From Podarcis filfolensis (taxonomy: Eukaryota), in the NCBI GenBank assembly GCA_964270895.1, contig OZ185453.1: a DNA stretch of 64,000 nt; one strand, 5' to 3'. How positions within the stretch are numbered: the stretch's first letter is position 1; the number at the start of each line of letters is the position of its first letter. The notes under the pieces were generated by a model. It did not search any database. It saw only the letters and a program-made list of their open reading frames with translations, and was not told where the DNA came from. Below, one piece after another: positions 47,986 to 60,458 of this stretch. The position numbers and the translations under genes were made by a program.

Positions 47986-49984
47986 AGGAACTCTGCTCCT
48001 AGCAATCTGGCAAACATTTGGCCTGACCCATCTTCTTTTCCTTGTAGAAATCACCACCATAGGAGTTATCTAGTGCAATTCACTTCTGTTACTTGAAATA
48101 TGACACATCCCTATTAAAATAAAAGACAGCCATCTAATTTGAGGAAAGTGCTGCAAGCATCCAAATACAATAGCTTTCTAGCCATGGTTATTGTTATAAT
48201 ACTCACTGAGAAAGAAGCAGGCGGTCAAAAGACAAATTAGTACTTCCTCAAGAACCTGATACAATCAGTACCTATTAAGCATGGTTTTCTTGATTTGTCA
48301 GCAGAAGATAAGGATCCTCTATTCCTTCAAGATTGCTCTTTGCAACCTCTTAAAGCCTGGTGAACTCTTGGTTACAGCTTAGCTAACTAGAGATAGACTT
48401 CCTCCCAGCCTCAACAATGAGTGTTAACCAGCATTGTGCTTGAACTTCTGTCTTTACGTAGACATTCATCAATACTCACAAATTTCATTCTCTTTGTGTT
48501 TTCTCTCAGTTTTAATGAGAGACCTATGTTCTTCAGCTTCATTGGAGAAATTAGCTACATTACAGGGAAGATTAGTAGAGTCTTAAATCTGGTGCAATTC
48601 TAAGTGTGTAATATTGAATATAATCCATAGAAACATTGCAGAAGTTGCTTTTAGCTTAACTCCACTATTCCCACACCCAAGAATATATATTTCAAGAATA
48701 TTCTCTTTGACTAGCCTTCCTCAAAACTTAGATTTGGATTATTATACGACTTCAGTACTTCCTTTCTAGCAATAAAATTATTTTCATGAAATGCGTATTT
48801 CTTTCTACCATTAATTGTCACCATAAAATTCCATCTGGCCAACTGATATTGGAACACAACTTGTCTCCCTATATAACGGTGATACAGTTATCATTTTCAA
48901 CCCTCCTAAGTTCCTAAAAACCACCCCACTAATCATATATCGGGGTCACATTTAGGTCACCATTTAGGGTTTTTAAAAAACAAATAAATGGTATTTTGCA
49001 ATATAAAATATAAATATGAAATCATATTAAGGATTATGGCTTATAGCACAGAGAAAATGCAGGAAGCACAAAGAAGTACGGTATACATTTCCTACAAAAG
49101 AGATGGAAGATTCCTATCAAGGATGACATCTAGATTCAGCAGCGATAGTTCCTTTGAACTCTAATTGACACTCATATATTTTTCCTGCAATTCAAAATCC
49201 ACCCAAGGATCTGAACAAACAACAACAAATGTTTAACACCTCCTTAACAGCTACATCAACACCAAATTAGTGTTTTTTAAAAAATCACTTTAGGGGTTAT
49301 TTAGACATCCCTTACCTTGAACTCACTTTTACTGACCTCTCATTTTAATGAAACACTTAAATTACAAACAATCTCAGCTACAAGCCAGGTTTTGAGAAAA
49401 CATTGAGTGATATACCTGGTATTGTAGGAGAATACGTGAAGTGTGAAATATCACAGGTTGTAGGAGAAAGTTCTCCAATTTTTACATCCCTTTGGGTCAC
49501 CAAGGACCCCCAAAGCATATAGAATTAAAAAGAAAAGCAAATCTGAGGAGCTTTTGACTACTGTTGACGTTGATCATTGAATATCAAGCTAAATCTTCAA
49601 AAGACCTACATTTTCTTCCACTAGTTTCTGTGTTCATCATCTCATTATGAACATGGCAAATTCTTCACCTTGTGGAACATTCATGCATAGGATAACAACT
49701 GAATGATATCTCCGATTTCCACGGGAAAGGGCGATAAACTACTTCTCTCCCTCCCCCTCATCTCCTCAAGACAAACTCAACTACAAGCCCAAAAGAGAAA
49801 GGAATCCGAAAATAAAATTAACTCACTGAAGAAACAAGTAGATAAGCAGCCAGTATGTTATGGGTGCATGAGTAATTTTCTCAAAGAGTCTCAAAGCAAG
49901 CTCCAACACCAGATCAGCTGACACCATCTCAAGCACAATGGATTGCAACTCACATATTCCATGCAAGTCAAGAGGTACCATCAA

Positions 49985-50081
49985 GTATTTGAAGAAGTGT
50001 GCATGCACACGAAAGCTCATACCAGTAACAAACTTAGTTGGTCTCTAAGGTGCTACTGGGAGGAATTTTTTTATTTTGTTT
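49985..50081 (+). mobile_element. Penelope-like LTR fragment starting at a hammerhead ribozyme motif
   Basis: gtat-ttgaaga-a-gtgtg-catg-cacac-gaaa-gctc-atac, then the same LTR sequence as at 8.0 and 14.2 kb. 9-bp TSD catcaagta at 49979-49987 and 50082-50090. Confidence 0.8.
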
Positions 50082-52264
50082 CATCAAGTACTGAGACACA
50101 CATGTGCAAAATAGCTCTTAAAAACTTTTTTCTATTTTCTGAGCAAGAAGTATGATTGCGGTGTTAATGCAAAGCACAGCTTTTGATGGAAGCTGTCCTA
50201 GTCAAAGTGTTTTTATTAGCAAGAAGAGTCTTGGGCCTTTGTTTGTTTGTTTGTATTGCAACACCCGTCACCAACCACTGGTGATGAAACCATCTTCAAG
50301 CTGAGTTTAAAACAGGTCTCTTGCAAAAGACCATTTACCCTAACTCTACCAATTGCCCTGTATATTTAATTCTGCCTGTGCTAGCTTTACCTTCATATAT
50401 CAGAGAGAAACCATCCATAACTCTCAATCAGGTAAACCAAGTTCTTATGAACAGATATTGTGCATATGAATAGATTCATCACGGGAAGAAAACAATAGTC
50501 GCATCTACCAAAGCAAATGAAAAATGGAACTCGTTGGCATCAGCAAGCAATGGAATGGGCCTACCACAACATCATTAAAGAGTATGCAATGAATGTCTCG
50601 CACTGAAACATTGTGCTTTGTTCTCCAGCTAGAAAGAACTCAGAAGTTTGAGGAAAGAAAAGTACAACCACAATCAAAAGTTAAGTAGTAAAATCAAATA
50701 TTCCCCATGATTTTTTTAAAATAGGGCTAGTGTTTTATCAGTAACGTAGATAACATAGATAAAACCACCAAGGTCTATCATCTAAAATTTAACATTTTCA
50801 GAAACTACAATTTTGTTGATTGCATATAATTCAAAGTGGGAGTTTCCTTATCTTATGGTGACATACACACGTATATCTACATTTCTATCACTTAAGTTTG
50901 CTTTTGCAGTTTTACTATGGAAACCCAAACTCCTCTCAGCATTTCAAACATTTTGGCTACCTCACTTTCATTATTTCACCCTCTGCTTACCAACTTCTCA
51001 AAGAGAGAATTAATTACACTCTTAATATTCATGGTCATTGTTTTGAGGCACAGTAAAGTGTTAGGCTGGAGCTACTGTTGATGACTCTGCAGATTTAATT
51101 TTTCATCAACTTTAGATGGCCCTAGAGTATTCCTAATTAGAAGCTGGAAACAAAGGTGAGAAGAAGAAAAATACCATCTTTTTCTGAACTGCCATCATAT
51201 TGTTGAAATATTAGCATTCCATAATTACATCTAAAAATAGAATTCATGTTCCAGACAAATGTCAGCATTTTAAAATCTCGCTGATTTCAATGGAAAAGAG
51301 TTAAGTGCATGCTTGCTACAGTCCTGCACACAACTTACCTGGGTGTAAGCTCCACTGAACTCAATAGGGCTTACTTCTATGTAGATACGTATAGGATCAC
51401 ACTGTAACTCTTCCATGGAAATCAATGGAACTTAAATGTACTTAGGTTTGGCTGGATCATGATGATAATTCTAATGAAACTCCAACATTTCTAAGCTTCA
51501 TAATTGATGTTTAGGTTCAGGTTTAGGAAGGGGGGGACAATGAGAGAAATTCCTCCATGAATTACAGAGCCTTTAAGATGCCTTATGGAATTTCAGAGAT
51601 ACTCATAATTGCATGTTTCATTTTTTTAAATAAAAAATAAAAAATCAAAGTACATACGCAGCTCCAAATTATTTACCAAAATTGCAACACTTCCAGAAGA
51701 TACCATCAATTGGAATGTCCACTGCGAGGCTAACACAAAATTTGCTTGATTGACATTGATTTCATGTCATTCTGCAGAAGAACACTGCCAGGCTCATCAG
51801 ATATTTAACTATTCCATTTTCCCCACACACAAAAAAAATAAAGCACGTCTTTGGTCAACTGAAGCAGCCTCTTGAAGGCCATGAAGTTCAACCCAAAAGT
51901 TACATCTAAAAGGGGTTGGTTTCAAAAATGAAACTATAAAAGAAGCAGGGGAAAAATATGTCCTTTTGAGCACAGGTCTCTCACTCTCTGTCTGTCTCTG
52001 GAGAATCTATGAAAAGAATCTATGAAACTTCCTCAAATCGTCCATTTCCTGGAGTCAGAAAGAGAAGAGACATCAAAAAACATTGCTCACTGGAGGGGAA
52101 AAAATGTCAAGCCAGGCTTTGCCAACAAAGCTTCAGAAAAAAATGGAGAAACATCCATAATTGCATGAGCACTTCCCATCTCAGCTTTGTCTACTGGAAA
52201 AGCCTGCCCTTGCTCTCCCTCTCCTCCATTTTCTGGTGGAGCTAGAGAACATGACATGGCTTAC

Positions 52265-55100
52265 CTGACTCAGATCACAGCCCTCTGTCCAACTATTCAC
52301 TTCCTCTTAGACATGCAAGTAGCTTCATGAGACAAGCAGGCATGCACACAAAAGCATCAGCAGAAAGCAACCCCGTATCTCGCCACCTTTTCCCCCCTTC
52401 CTAGAAGGTCCTTCCCAAAAAACCAAGAGGAGCAAACTTTCTCTGGGTTGGAAAAAAGAAAGGCTGAGAATCTCATCACAACAGAGGATTGCAAGCTGAG
52501 ATCTCTCCAGAGCCAGGATCTCCCCTTTCCTTTCCACACACACACACCCTCATGCAGAAGTAGAAACTATAAAGCTCAGGGGGGAAAAAAGGGTGACTCC
52601 AAGAGAGGAGAAGAGAAACGCCTGGAGATTGTGTGTGTGTGTCCCCGCGCGAAAGAGGAGTAGCTTTGTGTTTTGGAGTCTGGACTGGAACCAAAGCAGA
52701 CAGCTTGCAAATGGAGGACAAGGAGATAAAGAAAGAGGGGGGAGGAGGGAAATGAAAGGGGGGAAAGCTCAGCTGCTTCTCATTCCCTGGAAAGCCATGG
52801 ACACCAGGGAACCCAGCAAGAAGTGAAGCTCTCTGTTGAAACACCCCCCACTCTCTTTTCTCTCTCTCTTTTCCCTTTCTTCCCTTCTCAAAGCAAAGAG
52901 CAAAAACTGTGTTGTAATGGCTTCTCTCCAGCTTCCACCGCTGTCCTATTCCAAGGCAACCCTTTTCAGAAAGGAAGGACCCTCACCACCAGCTCAACTT
53001 GAGGAAAGGCGGGAGAGAGAGAGCCTTGGTTGTGTATGCCTGGGGTGTGTGTGTGTATTTTGGGGGGGGGGGAGAGAGAAGAAGAAGAAGGTCCAGTCTA
53101 CCTGCCTTAGAGAGAGGGACCAGATTTTGGAAGGAGGAGAGGAGGAGGCGCAGAAAGAGAGAGAAAGAGAAAGCAAAGAAAGAAAAAAGGAAGGAAGGAA
53201 AGAAAGAAAGAGGTCACCGGTCGAGGCAGCTCTACAGAGCTTTTTCCCTCTCCGCCCCGCCCCCCCCCCGGCCGCCCCTCTCTCTCTCTCTCTCTCTTCT
53301 CCCAGCGCCTGGGAGATCCAGTCACTTCCCCACACAGCCAAACCCCCAAGTGCCCCCACAACACACTTCTCGGCGGCGCTCCTCGCACTTCTCTCTCTCG
53401 CCCCACAGCCGCCTCAAATGCAACAACAACACAAAATTAATTAACTGCCTTCCTTCCTCCTCCTCCTCCTCCTCCCACCAGCTCCAACCACCACCACCAC
53501 CACCACCTCCTCCCCCATTACAGGAGACACAGAGAGACCTCTCTCTCTCCTCGCTCAACAAAACCACCGGGTCCGCTGCCGCCGCCGCCGCCACCACCAC
53601 CTTGTGTTTTGTGTGCTCGAATTCCTCCAGCTCGCCCTGAATGAATGGATCTCCTCGCTTCTCCAAGCTTCCCCCCCAAGGTGGCTTTGGTGGGACAGCC
53701 AAAAAAGGAGAACCTCGCTTTGCTCTTTTCCCCTCCAAGACCCGAGATGGGCTTCGAAGGCCAGAACTTACAGGAAGGTCCCGGTTGCTGGTGGCGGCGG
53801 CGGCTGGGTCCTTTCCCCCTTCTCCTCCTGCCTCTGGCTCCTCTTCTTCTTCTTCTTGCAATTGTTGTGGAAGTTGCTCCTTTCTTTTTCTCTCTTTGCT
53901 GAGGTTCTCATGNNNNNNNNNNNNNNNNNNNNNNNNNNNNNNNNNNNNNNNNNNNNNNNNNNNNNNNNNNNNNNNNNNNNNNNNNNNNNNNNNNNNNNNN
54001 NNNNNNNNNNNNNNNNNNNNNNNNNNNNNNNNNNNNNNNNNNNNNNNNNNNNNNNNNNNNNNNNNNNNNNNNNNNNNNNNNNNNNNNNNNNNNNNNNNNN
54101 NNNNNNNNNNNNNNNNNNNNNNNNNNNNNNNNNNNNNNNNNNNNNNNNNNNNNNNNNNNNNNNNNNNNNNNNNNNNNNNNNNNNACCACACACAAAACGC
54201 AAGAGCACCAGGGGGTGCAAGAAGGCTTTCTAACAACAACAACAACAACGGGGGTGGTGGGGAGAGAGAGAAAGGGGGAAAGGCAGGAGGAGAGGAGGAG
54301 AAGGGGCAGGAGAGGTGGGGGTGGGAAGATCTTCAGAGATGGAGGAGGAGGTGGTGAAGATGAAGGCAGCAGCAGCAGCAGAAGGTGGCTCCAAACTTAA
54401 AGTCCTCTTGGGAGATGATTTCTGAGGCGCTCCCAGGCTTCCTGAGCGGGGCGAGGAGAAAGGGAGACCTGGAAGAGTCCTTCCAACCTGGTTGCCTCCA
54501 GAAACCTCCAGCCTTGGGAGAAGCCCCTCGCCCGCGGCTCTCCCTCTGCTGGGTCATCCTCGCCTTTTCCTACCAGCCATGGCAAGTCCTGCTAAATAAA
54601 AAGCCAAGCGCCACCCGGGTTTTCCCCTGCACGCAAGATGCGCCTTCTTGTCACCTAAGCTGATCCCTGAGATACGTCCATCTAGGAGAGACTTAAAATC
54701 TTTCCCTCTTGGTTGTTGTTGGTTTTTTTTCTTCCCCTGAACAGGGTGAAGGAACATAAATGCAACTGGAGGTGGCAAAGTGTGGTGGGGTTTTTTGTAT
54801 ATATTTTTTAAAGGCATAGATCTACCACGTGGTTGATTTTAATTCTCTTTTTTCCCCCTCCTCTTTTAGCTTTGCATGTTGGAAGGGGGGCGGCGGAGAA
54901 AGAAAGGACTCAAATTGTCCATTTCTAGCACGTATTTTGAAGTCTTCTCCCGGAAATAAAGACTCTTTGTCGTTTGAGTTCTTCCCCAAGCATATATATA
55001 TATATAAATATATAAATACACACACAAAGAAAGGGAGCTTTGCAGCGCTGAAGAGCAAGCGCTCCTGCTACTTTAAAAAGCCTTGTGCAATGTTTGGGCT
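52265..55100 (-). promoter_or_regulatory. Putative promoter / 5' UTR region of an unidentified gene, orientation tentative
   Basis: TE-free, GC- and CpG-enriched block with GC boxes (ccgccc at 53252-53277), CCG/CCA/CCT/CAG runs, GA tracts and a CACGTG E-box at 54826-54831. Minus-strand donor-like sites CCT|GTAAGT (exon end 53772) and CAG|GTAAGC (exon end 52265). Confidence 0.6.
53913..54184. other. Assembly gap (272 N)
   Basis: Run of N inside the GC-rich block. Confidence 1.
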
Positions 55101-56689
55101 ACCGCAGAACCCCACTTTAATTTTTAAAATAAAACTTTGGTGCCACCTTCTCCCCACCCCCCCTCCGTTGTCTGCCTCTTCTGTGGTTGCCTCTGTGTAC
55201 AGCAGTCTATGGAAAGTAACAATCAAGATTCCCAGATGATAAGGTGTCATCATCACCTTGAAGGCAAGGAAGAAGGCAAAGATGAAGTTATTATATCTCA
55301 GCATCTTCATTTCCCCAAGAAATCGTTCTGAACCTCTTCAGAGAATTTTTTTTTTAAGTGACTGGGGGTGGGGGATGTCTCCCATTCCCAGCCTTATATT
55401 CCCCCTCCATGCCAAATCTAATACCTTCCAGACTTTAATCTGGTACTGAGAGGGAGGGAGATGAAGTTAGCATTGGAAAATCAATAAACACTGTAGTGGA
55501 GAGGAAAGCAATTTGAATGGGAAGACGTGACAGTATTGAATCTTCTTGACTGTTTCTTTTAGACCTCAGACTGGATCAGAGAAGGAGGAGAACCTTAAAA
55601 GCTTCTTTTGAACAGATTTTGGGATGGGGAACCCCTCTCCCTGGAATGAGAAACCTTGAGAAACCAGAGAGAGAGCTGAGATCTTCTTTAAAGTGTTAGA
55701 ATTTAATTAAGACATGGAAGGTGATTCAACCCAAGCTTTAGAAACCAGTTGATGCCCAAAGTCAAGGAGTCAAAAACAAATGTGGAAATGGCAAAAGGAT
55801 GAAGACTCTGATCAAATTAACAAGGAGACAGCACTAACACAAAGGGTGAGGGGTGGTGGATGGTGATGGGAATTATCTGTGGGATTGAGTGTAGGTATGT
55901 TGTAGGTATGTAGGTATGTTGTATGAAATGTATGTTTGTATGTGTATTAATGTTGAATTATTTGAACAATAAAAAATTTAAAATTTTTTTAAAAAAAACA
56001 CACACAAGGAGACAGCAGATTTCACTGCATTTTTCCATAGCTATATCCCTTGTGTTATTCTCATTTTTTAAATTAACTGTGCACCCATTTAAAGGGCATT
56101 TATAAAGAACACAGCTTCCCCCAAATAATCTGGGCAGCTGATGCTTGGTAAGGGAACTTTAACTCTGTGAGGGGTAAAAACGACAGTTCCATTTATTCTT
56201 TTAGGGAAGCCATGTGCTTTGAACTGGTCTTGCTAGCTAGGGATGATGGGAGTTGTAGTTTAAAAACAGCTAGAGACATATGTTTGGGAAACACTGGATC
56301 AGGGTGGCCAGTGTGGTGCCTTCCAGTCATTCTTGCACTCCGATTTCCATCAGCCCCAGCCAGCATAGCCAATAGTAAGGGATGATGGGAACTGGAGCTC
56401 AGCAACATCTGGAGAGGACCACGTTGACTACACATGGTGCAGATGATGGATAATAATGGGTGTGGCTCAAGTTGGCTTGGTTTTTTTTACAATCAGCGGG
56501 ATTTGTGTCGTCTTAAAAGACAGTAAGGGTTATCACATTCTTCCCACATTCTATTATTTTGACTATTTACCTTTATTTCCTAGTGTAGATTGGATATTGA
56601 TCAGGCAGAGGTAGCATTTCTTAAAGCATTTCTCCCCCTCATGGTTTTGTTCTGGTCTGGAATTGCAGCCAGTACAGAATGGTGAGACC

Positions 56690-57180
56690 AGGTTATTGAG
56701 TGGAGCAACTGGACACAAGCATATTACACCCATAAGATGTTGAAGGAACTGCCAATCAGCTACCCAACAATGTTCAAGGTCCTCTTGTTAACATACTGAG
56801 CCCTAGATAGCTTGGAACCAGGTTATCTGAAAGACCTTCTGCCCCTGTAGAGACCTGTAAGATCAATGAGATTGTCTGGGGAAATTCTACTTCTGGCACT
56901 GCACTCCACAGAATATCATAGGGTGGGGAGTGGAAAATGGGCATTTTCTGGTGTTCCTGTTCTGTGGCTGTAGTTGCTTCAAACTTCTTATAAAAGGTTC
57001 ATATTTTTGTCCAAGATTTCCCTGACCCATAAGAGTGGGCCCTGCGTCTTGTGCATCAATCCCCTGAATTAGTTTTATTAGCTTTTATATTTTTTATCAC
57101 TGTTTTATTGGTTTCAAGCTTTATATTTGTTTTAACACACACTGTTTTTATATGGCACATAGTCTACACTGCTTATAGAT
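56690..57180 (+). mobile_element. Degenerate L2-type 3' fragment
   Basis: atgttcaaggtcctcttgttaac...gccctagatagcttggaaccaggttatctgaaaga matches the FKVLVL..KAL..LGP.YLK segment. Boundaries approximate. Confidence 0.6.
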
Positions 57181-57282
57181 TAAAAATATATTAAGGAGTT
57201 TATAAATGCTTTGAAATATTAATTAAATAGTTTTCTAATAAAGGTGCCATCTGTGCCACAAACACCTTTTGCATTTAGGCAA

Positions 57283-57283
<1 letters not shown>

Positions 57284-57328
<45 letters not shown>
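57284..57328. repeat. (AAT)n microsatellite
   Basis: Visible AAT array. Confidence 0.95.
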
Positions 57329-57329
<1 letters not shown>

Positions 57330-57361
57330 AAAAGGAATACTGGGCACAATCCAACTGAAGT

Positions 57362-57990
57362 TAATAATAATAATAATAATTTATTTCTTATACCCCGGCC
57401 ATCTGGCTGGGTTTCCCCAGCAACTCTGGGCGGCTCCCAACAGAATATTATTAGTAATAATAATGATAAAGTGTTAAAACATCAAACACTAAAAACTTCC
57501 CTAAATAGGGCTGCCTTCAGATATCTTCTAAAAGTCAGATAGTTGTTTATTTCCTTGACATCTGATGGGAGGGCATTCCACAGGGTGGGCACCACTACCA
57601 AAAAGGCCCTGTCTGGTTCCCTGTAGCTTCACTTCTTGGAGCTGGACCTCAGTGTCCGGGCTGAACAATGGGGGTGGAGACGCTCCTTCAGGTACACAGG
57701 ACCAAGGCCATTTGGGGCTTTAAAGGTCAGTGCCAACATTTTGAATTGTGCTCGGAAACATACTGGGAGCCAATGTAGGTCTTTCAGGACCAGTGTTACA
57801 TGGTCTCGGCAGCCACTCCCAGTCACCAGTCTAGCTGCCGCATTCTGGATTAGTTGTAGTTTCTGGGTCACCTTCAAAGGTAGCCCCACGTAGAGCGCAT
57901 TGCAGTAGTCCAAGCGGGAGAAAACCAGAGCATGCACCACTCTGGCGAGGCAGTCTGCAGGCAGGTAGAGTCTCAGCCTGCATACCAGAT
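57362..57990 (-). mobile_element. Young L2-type LINE 3' fragment
   Basis: ORF 57629-57940 VHALVFSRLDYCNALYVGLPLKVTQKLQLIQNAAARLVTG...LHWLPVCFRAQFK. 3' UTR similar to the 18 kb copy, with a (TTA)n tail. Confidence 0.9.
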
Positions 57991-58617
57991 GGCGCTTTAA
58001 GACTCACTGGAGACCCCATGGAAAAGTTAGTCAGTGCTTAATTCTCTTCCATTGAAATAATCCATGAGCAAAAGTGCTTAAGATTGCAGTCCTACTCTGA
58101 ATGATCTGGAGTAAGTATCACTGAATTTCTTGGGATATACTTCTGAACAGATATGACTAGGATTGCACAATTAGGCTGCAAACCTAAAGGTACATACTTA
58201 GCAGTAAATTCCAATAAATTCAGTGGGATGTTCTTCTCAGTAGACATTCTTCTTGTTGTTATTTATTTGATTTACTTGTTGTTGAATACAAAATGTCTCT
58301 CGGCAGCATACATATACACCTTAAAAAACACCAATCAAGTTTAACAATAAAATAACAACCCCCCCCAAAAAACCCAAATAGCAATAAGCATGACTATCAT
58401 AATCCCTCAAAAGAATGGAATAAAAGGGATGACTTAGTGTGGTCCCGTAAGGATATTATTGTTGGCACCAGGTGGACGTCATTGGAGGCAGCATTCCACA
58501 CAGAGGGAGCCTTAACCCAAAAGGCCCTCCCTCCCCCTTGTCACTCCACTTACATCTGGAGAAGGCCCTCACATGATGAATGCTGAGTTTGGATATGTTC
58601 AGTGTTATGATATGTTA

Positions 58618-58752
58618 TAGGGTTTCCCAAGCTTGGGTCTCCGGTTTTTTTGGACTACAACTTCCATCATTCCTAGCTAGCAGGACCAGTGGTCAGGGAT
58701 GATTGGAATTGTGGTCCAAAAACAACTGGAGACCCACGTTTGGGAAGCCCTG
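58618..58752. mobile_element. hAT-like palindromic MITE
   Basis: TIRs tagggtttcccaagcttgggtctcc / ggagacccacgtttgggaagccctg. Same body as 47378-47513. No clear TSD. Confidence 0.8.
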
Positions 58753-58843
58753 GTCTATTACATGCATGGGACAGTCTTGTAACTGCAATGGGACCTATAT
58801 TATTCTTAGTATTATTAGCATCATCATCAACTGTTACGATATA

Positions 58844-59096
58844 CAGTGGTCCCTCGCAAGACGAAATTAATTCGTTCTGCGAGTTTTTTCGCCTTGCGAA
58901 TTTTTCGTCTTGCGAAGCACGGATTCCCTGGGTATTGACGGTTTTAAGAAAAAGGAAACAAACTCGCAAGACGTTTTCGTCTTGCGAAGCAAGCCCATAG
59001 GGAAATTCGTCTTGCGAAGCAACTCAAAAAACGAAAAAATCTTTCGTCTTGCGAGTTTTTCGTCTTACGAGGCATTCGTCTTGCGGGGCACCGCTG
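58844..59096. mobile_element. pogo/Tigger-like MITE with iterated TTCGTCTTGCG motifs
   Basis: TA-flanked. TIR cagtggtccctcgcaagacgaa / ttcgtcttgcggggcaccgctg. Confidence 0.85.
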
Positions 59097-60329
59097 TATT
59101 ACATGCACAAAACTGTGGTTGGGATCTATATTGTTGTTGTTATGCCTTGAGTGTGAAATTAACATTAGCACCAAGCATTGTTGAAATAGGAAAAAGAAGA
59201 CTTTTGGGGGAAAGCAATACTGCTGGGTTCAGAAATTAACTTTTAGGAGGCTGGTGGAGAATCCAGGAGAAATATCTATTGACTCTTGTGATTTCACACG
59301 GACAAATGAATTGGGCACCTCCTAAGATGCTGATAAAAGAGCCTTGGAGGTGGGAGGCAACTGCATTTTGCTGCTGCCAGGGCGTGCATGTGCTCTGGCA
59401 GCAATTTTCTATAAATCATCCCTTCTCGTGAAAGGAACGCCAGGACTTTACAAAAAGTCTGTGACGTACCTTCAGCACTCAAGCAGATAATGTGTCTCTT
59501 TGTCTTTTAATAATGAATCCTGGCTTTTCCTGTCAGCTACTGCTTCTTGGGAAACAAGAGCCGCAGCTCAGAAGAAGGAAGCCTGGAACGCCATGTCAGG
59601 CATGGAAAGCTTAAGCCTGATCAGTCCTGTAATCTTTAAAAAGGGTTGTGTGAGGTGGAACCACCCAAACTTCCTGGAGATGCTTTCTTAGCTGACCTCA
59701 TTTCCATAGAAATGCCCACAGGGCTTTTGTCTTCCTGGTAACCCAGCTTGCATAATTACACACAGATTTTCTTAGGTAGCACAGTCATGACTGTTGTCCC
59801 TAAAAAATGCCACATAGCTGAAGGGCAATCCTTTATTTTAAAGTCTGATTAATCTCTCCAACACACCATAGCTCCACGCTCAGCATAATAATGGACGCAT
59901 CTTAACTCCTCAGGCTGCCCAAGAACTCCATTGAATTTGGCAAGGGCACTCCATGGTGTGTCTTATTTGTGAAAAGTTGACCTGGCAACAATGCTATTAC
60001 TGCTACTCGGCGTCAGGTGGTGAGAATGCCAGGGTAAATTCTTGGCACAGAGCTCTTTCTTTCAGCGTTGGTTGCAGAAACGCTGCACAGAAGGGACTTG
60101 CATTTAAGAACGAATGGAGTCTGCCTAGGTCAGTTAAGCAGGCGAGAACATCCCTTTCAATCCATCACAAACTTTTGTCTCAATGCTCAGTTTCCCATGC
60201 ACACCTTCCTTAGGAACTCAAGGACATCCAAGGCCCCTCTTGCAAGCCAGTGAGAGGGGAGATTGTGAATGCTGGCCATGCAACCTGCCCCTGACATACT
60301 CAGGGGTATGCCTCCCAGTGGCCATACAT

Positions 60330-60458
60330 CCCTTCACCAGTCTGGTGCCTTCCAGATGTTTTGGACTACAACCCTATTGGCTCCAGGCAACTGCTGGCTG
60401 GAACTGATGGGAGCTGCAGTCTGAAACATCTGGAGGGCACCAGCTTGGTGAAGGCTGC
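60330..60458. mobile_element. hAT-like palindromic MITE
   Basis: ctggtgccttccagatgttttggactacaa / aaacatctggagggcaccagcttggtgaaggctgcc. Same family as 9826-9920. Confidence 0.7.

Noticed and set aside
52836-54357. Long ORFs of 200-308 aa around the gap
   Set aside because: Low-complexity translations of GA, CT and triplet tracts, inflated by the N run, and open on both strands. No recognisable domain. A coding first exon in the gap cannot be excluded.
54385-54817. Overlapping 62-92 aa ORFs on both strands right of the gap
   Set aside because: No recognisable homology. ORFs of this size are expected in GC-rich DNA.
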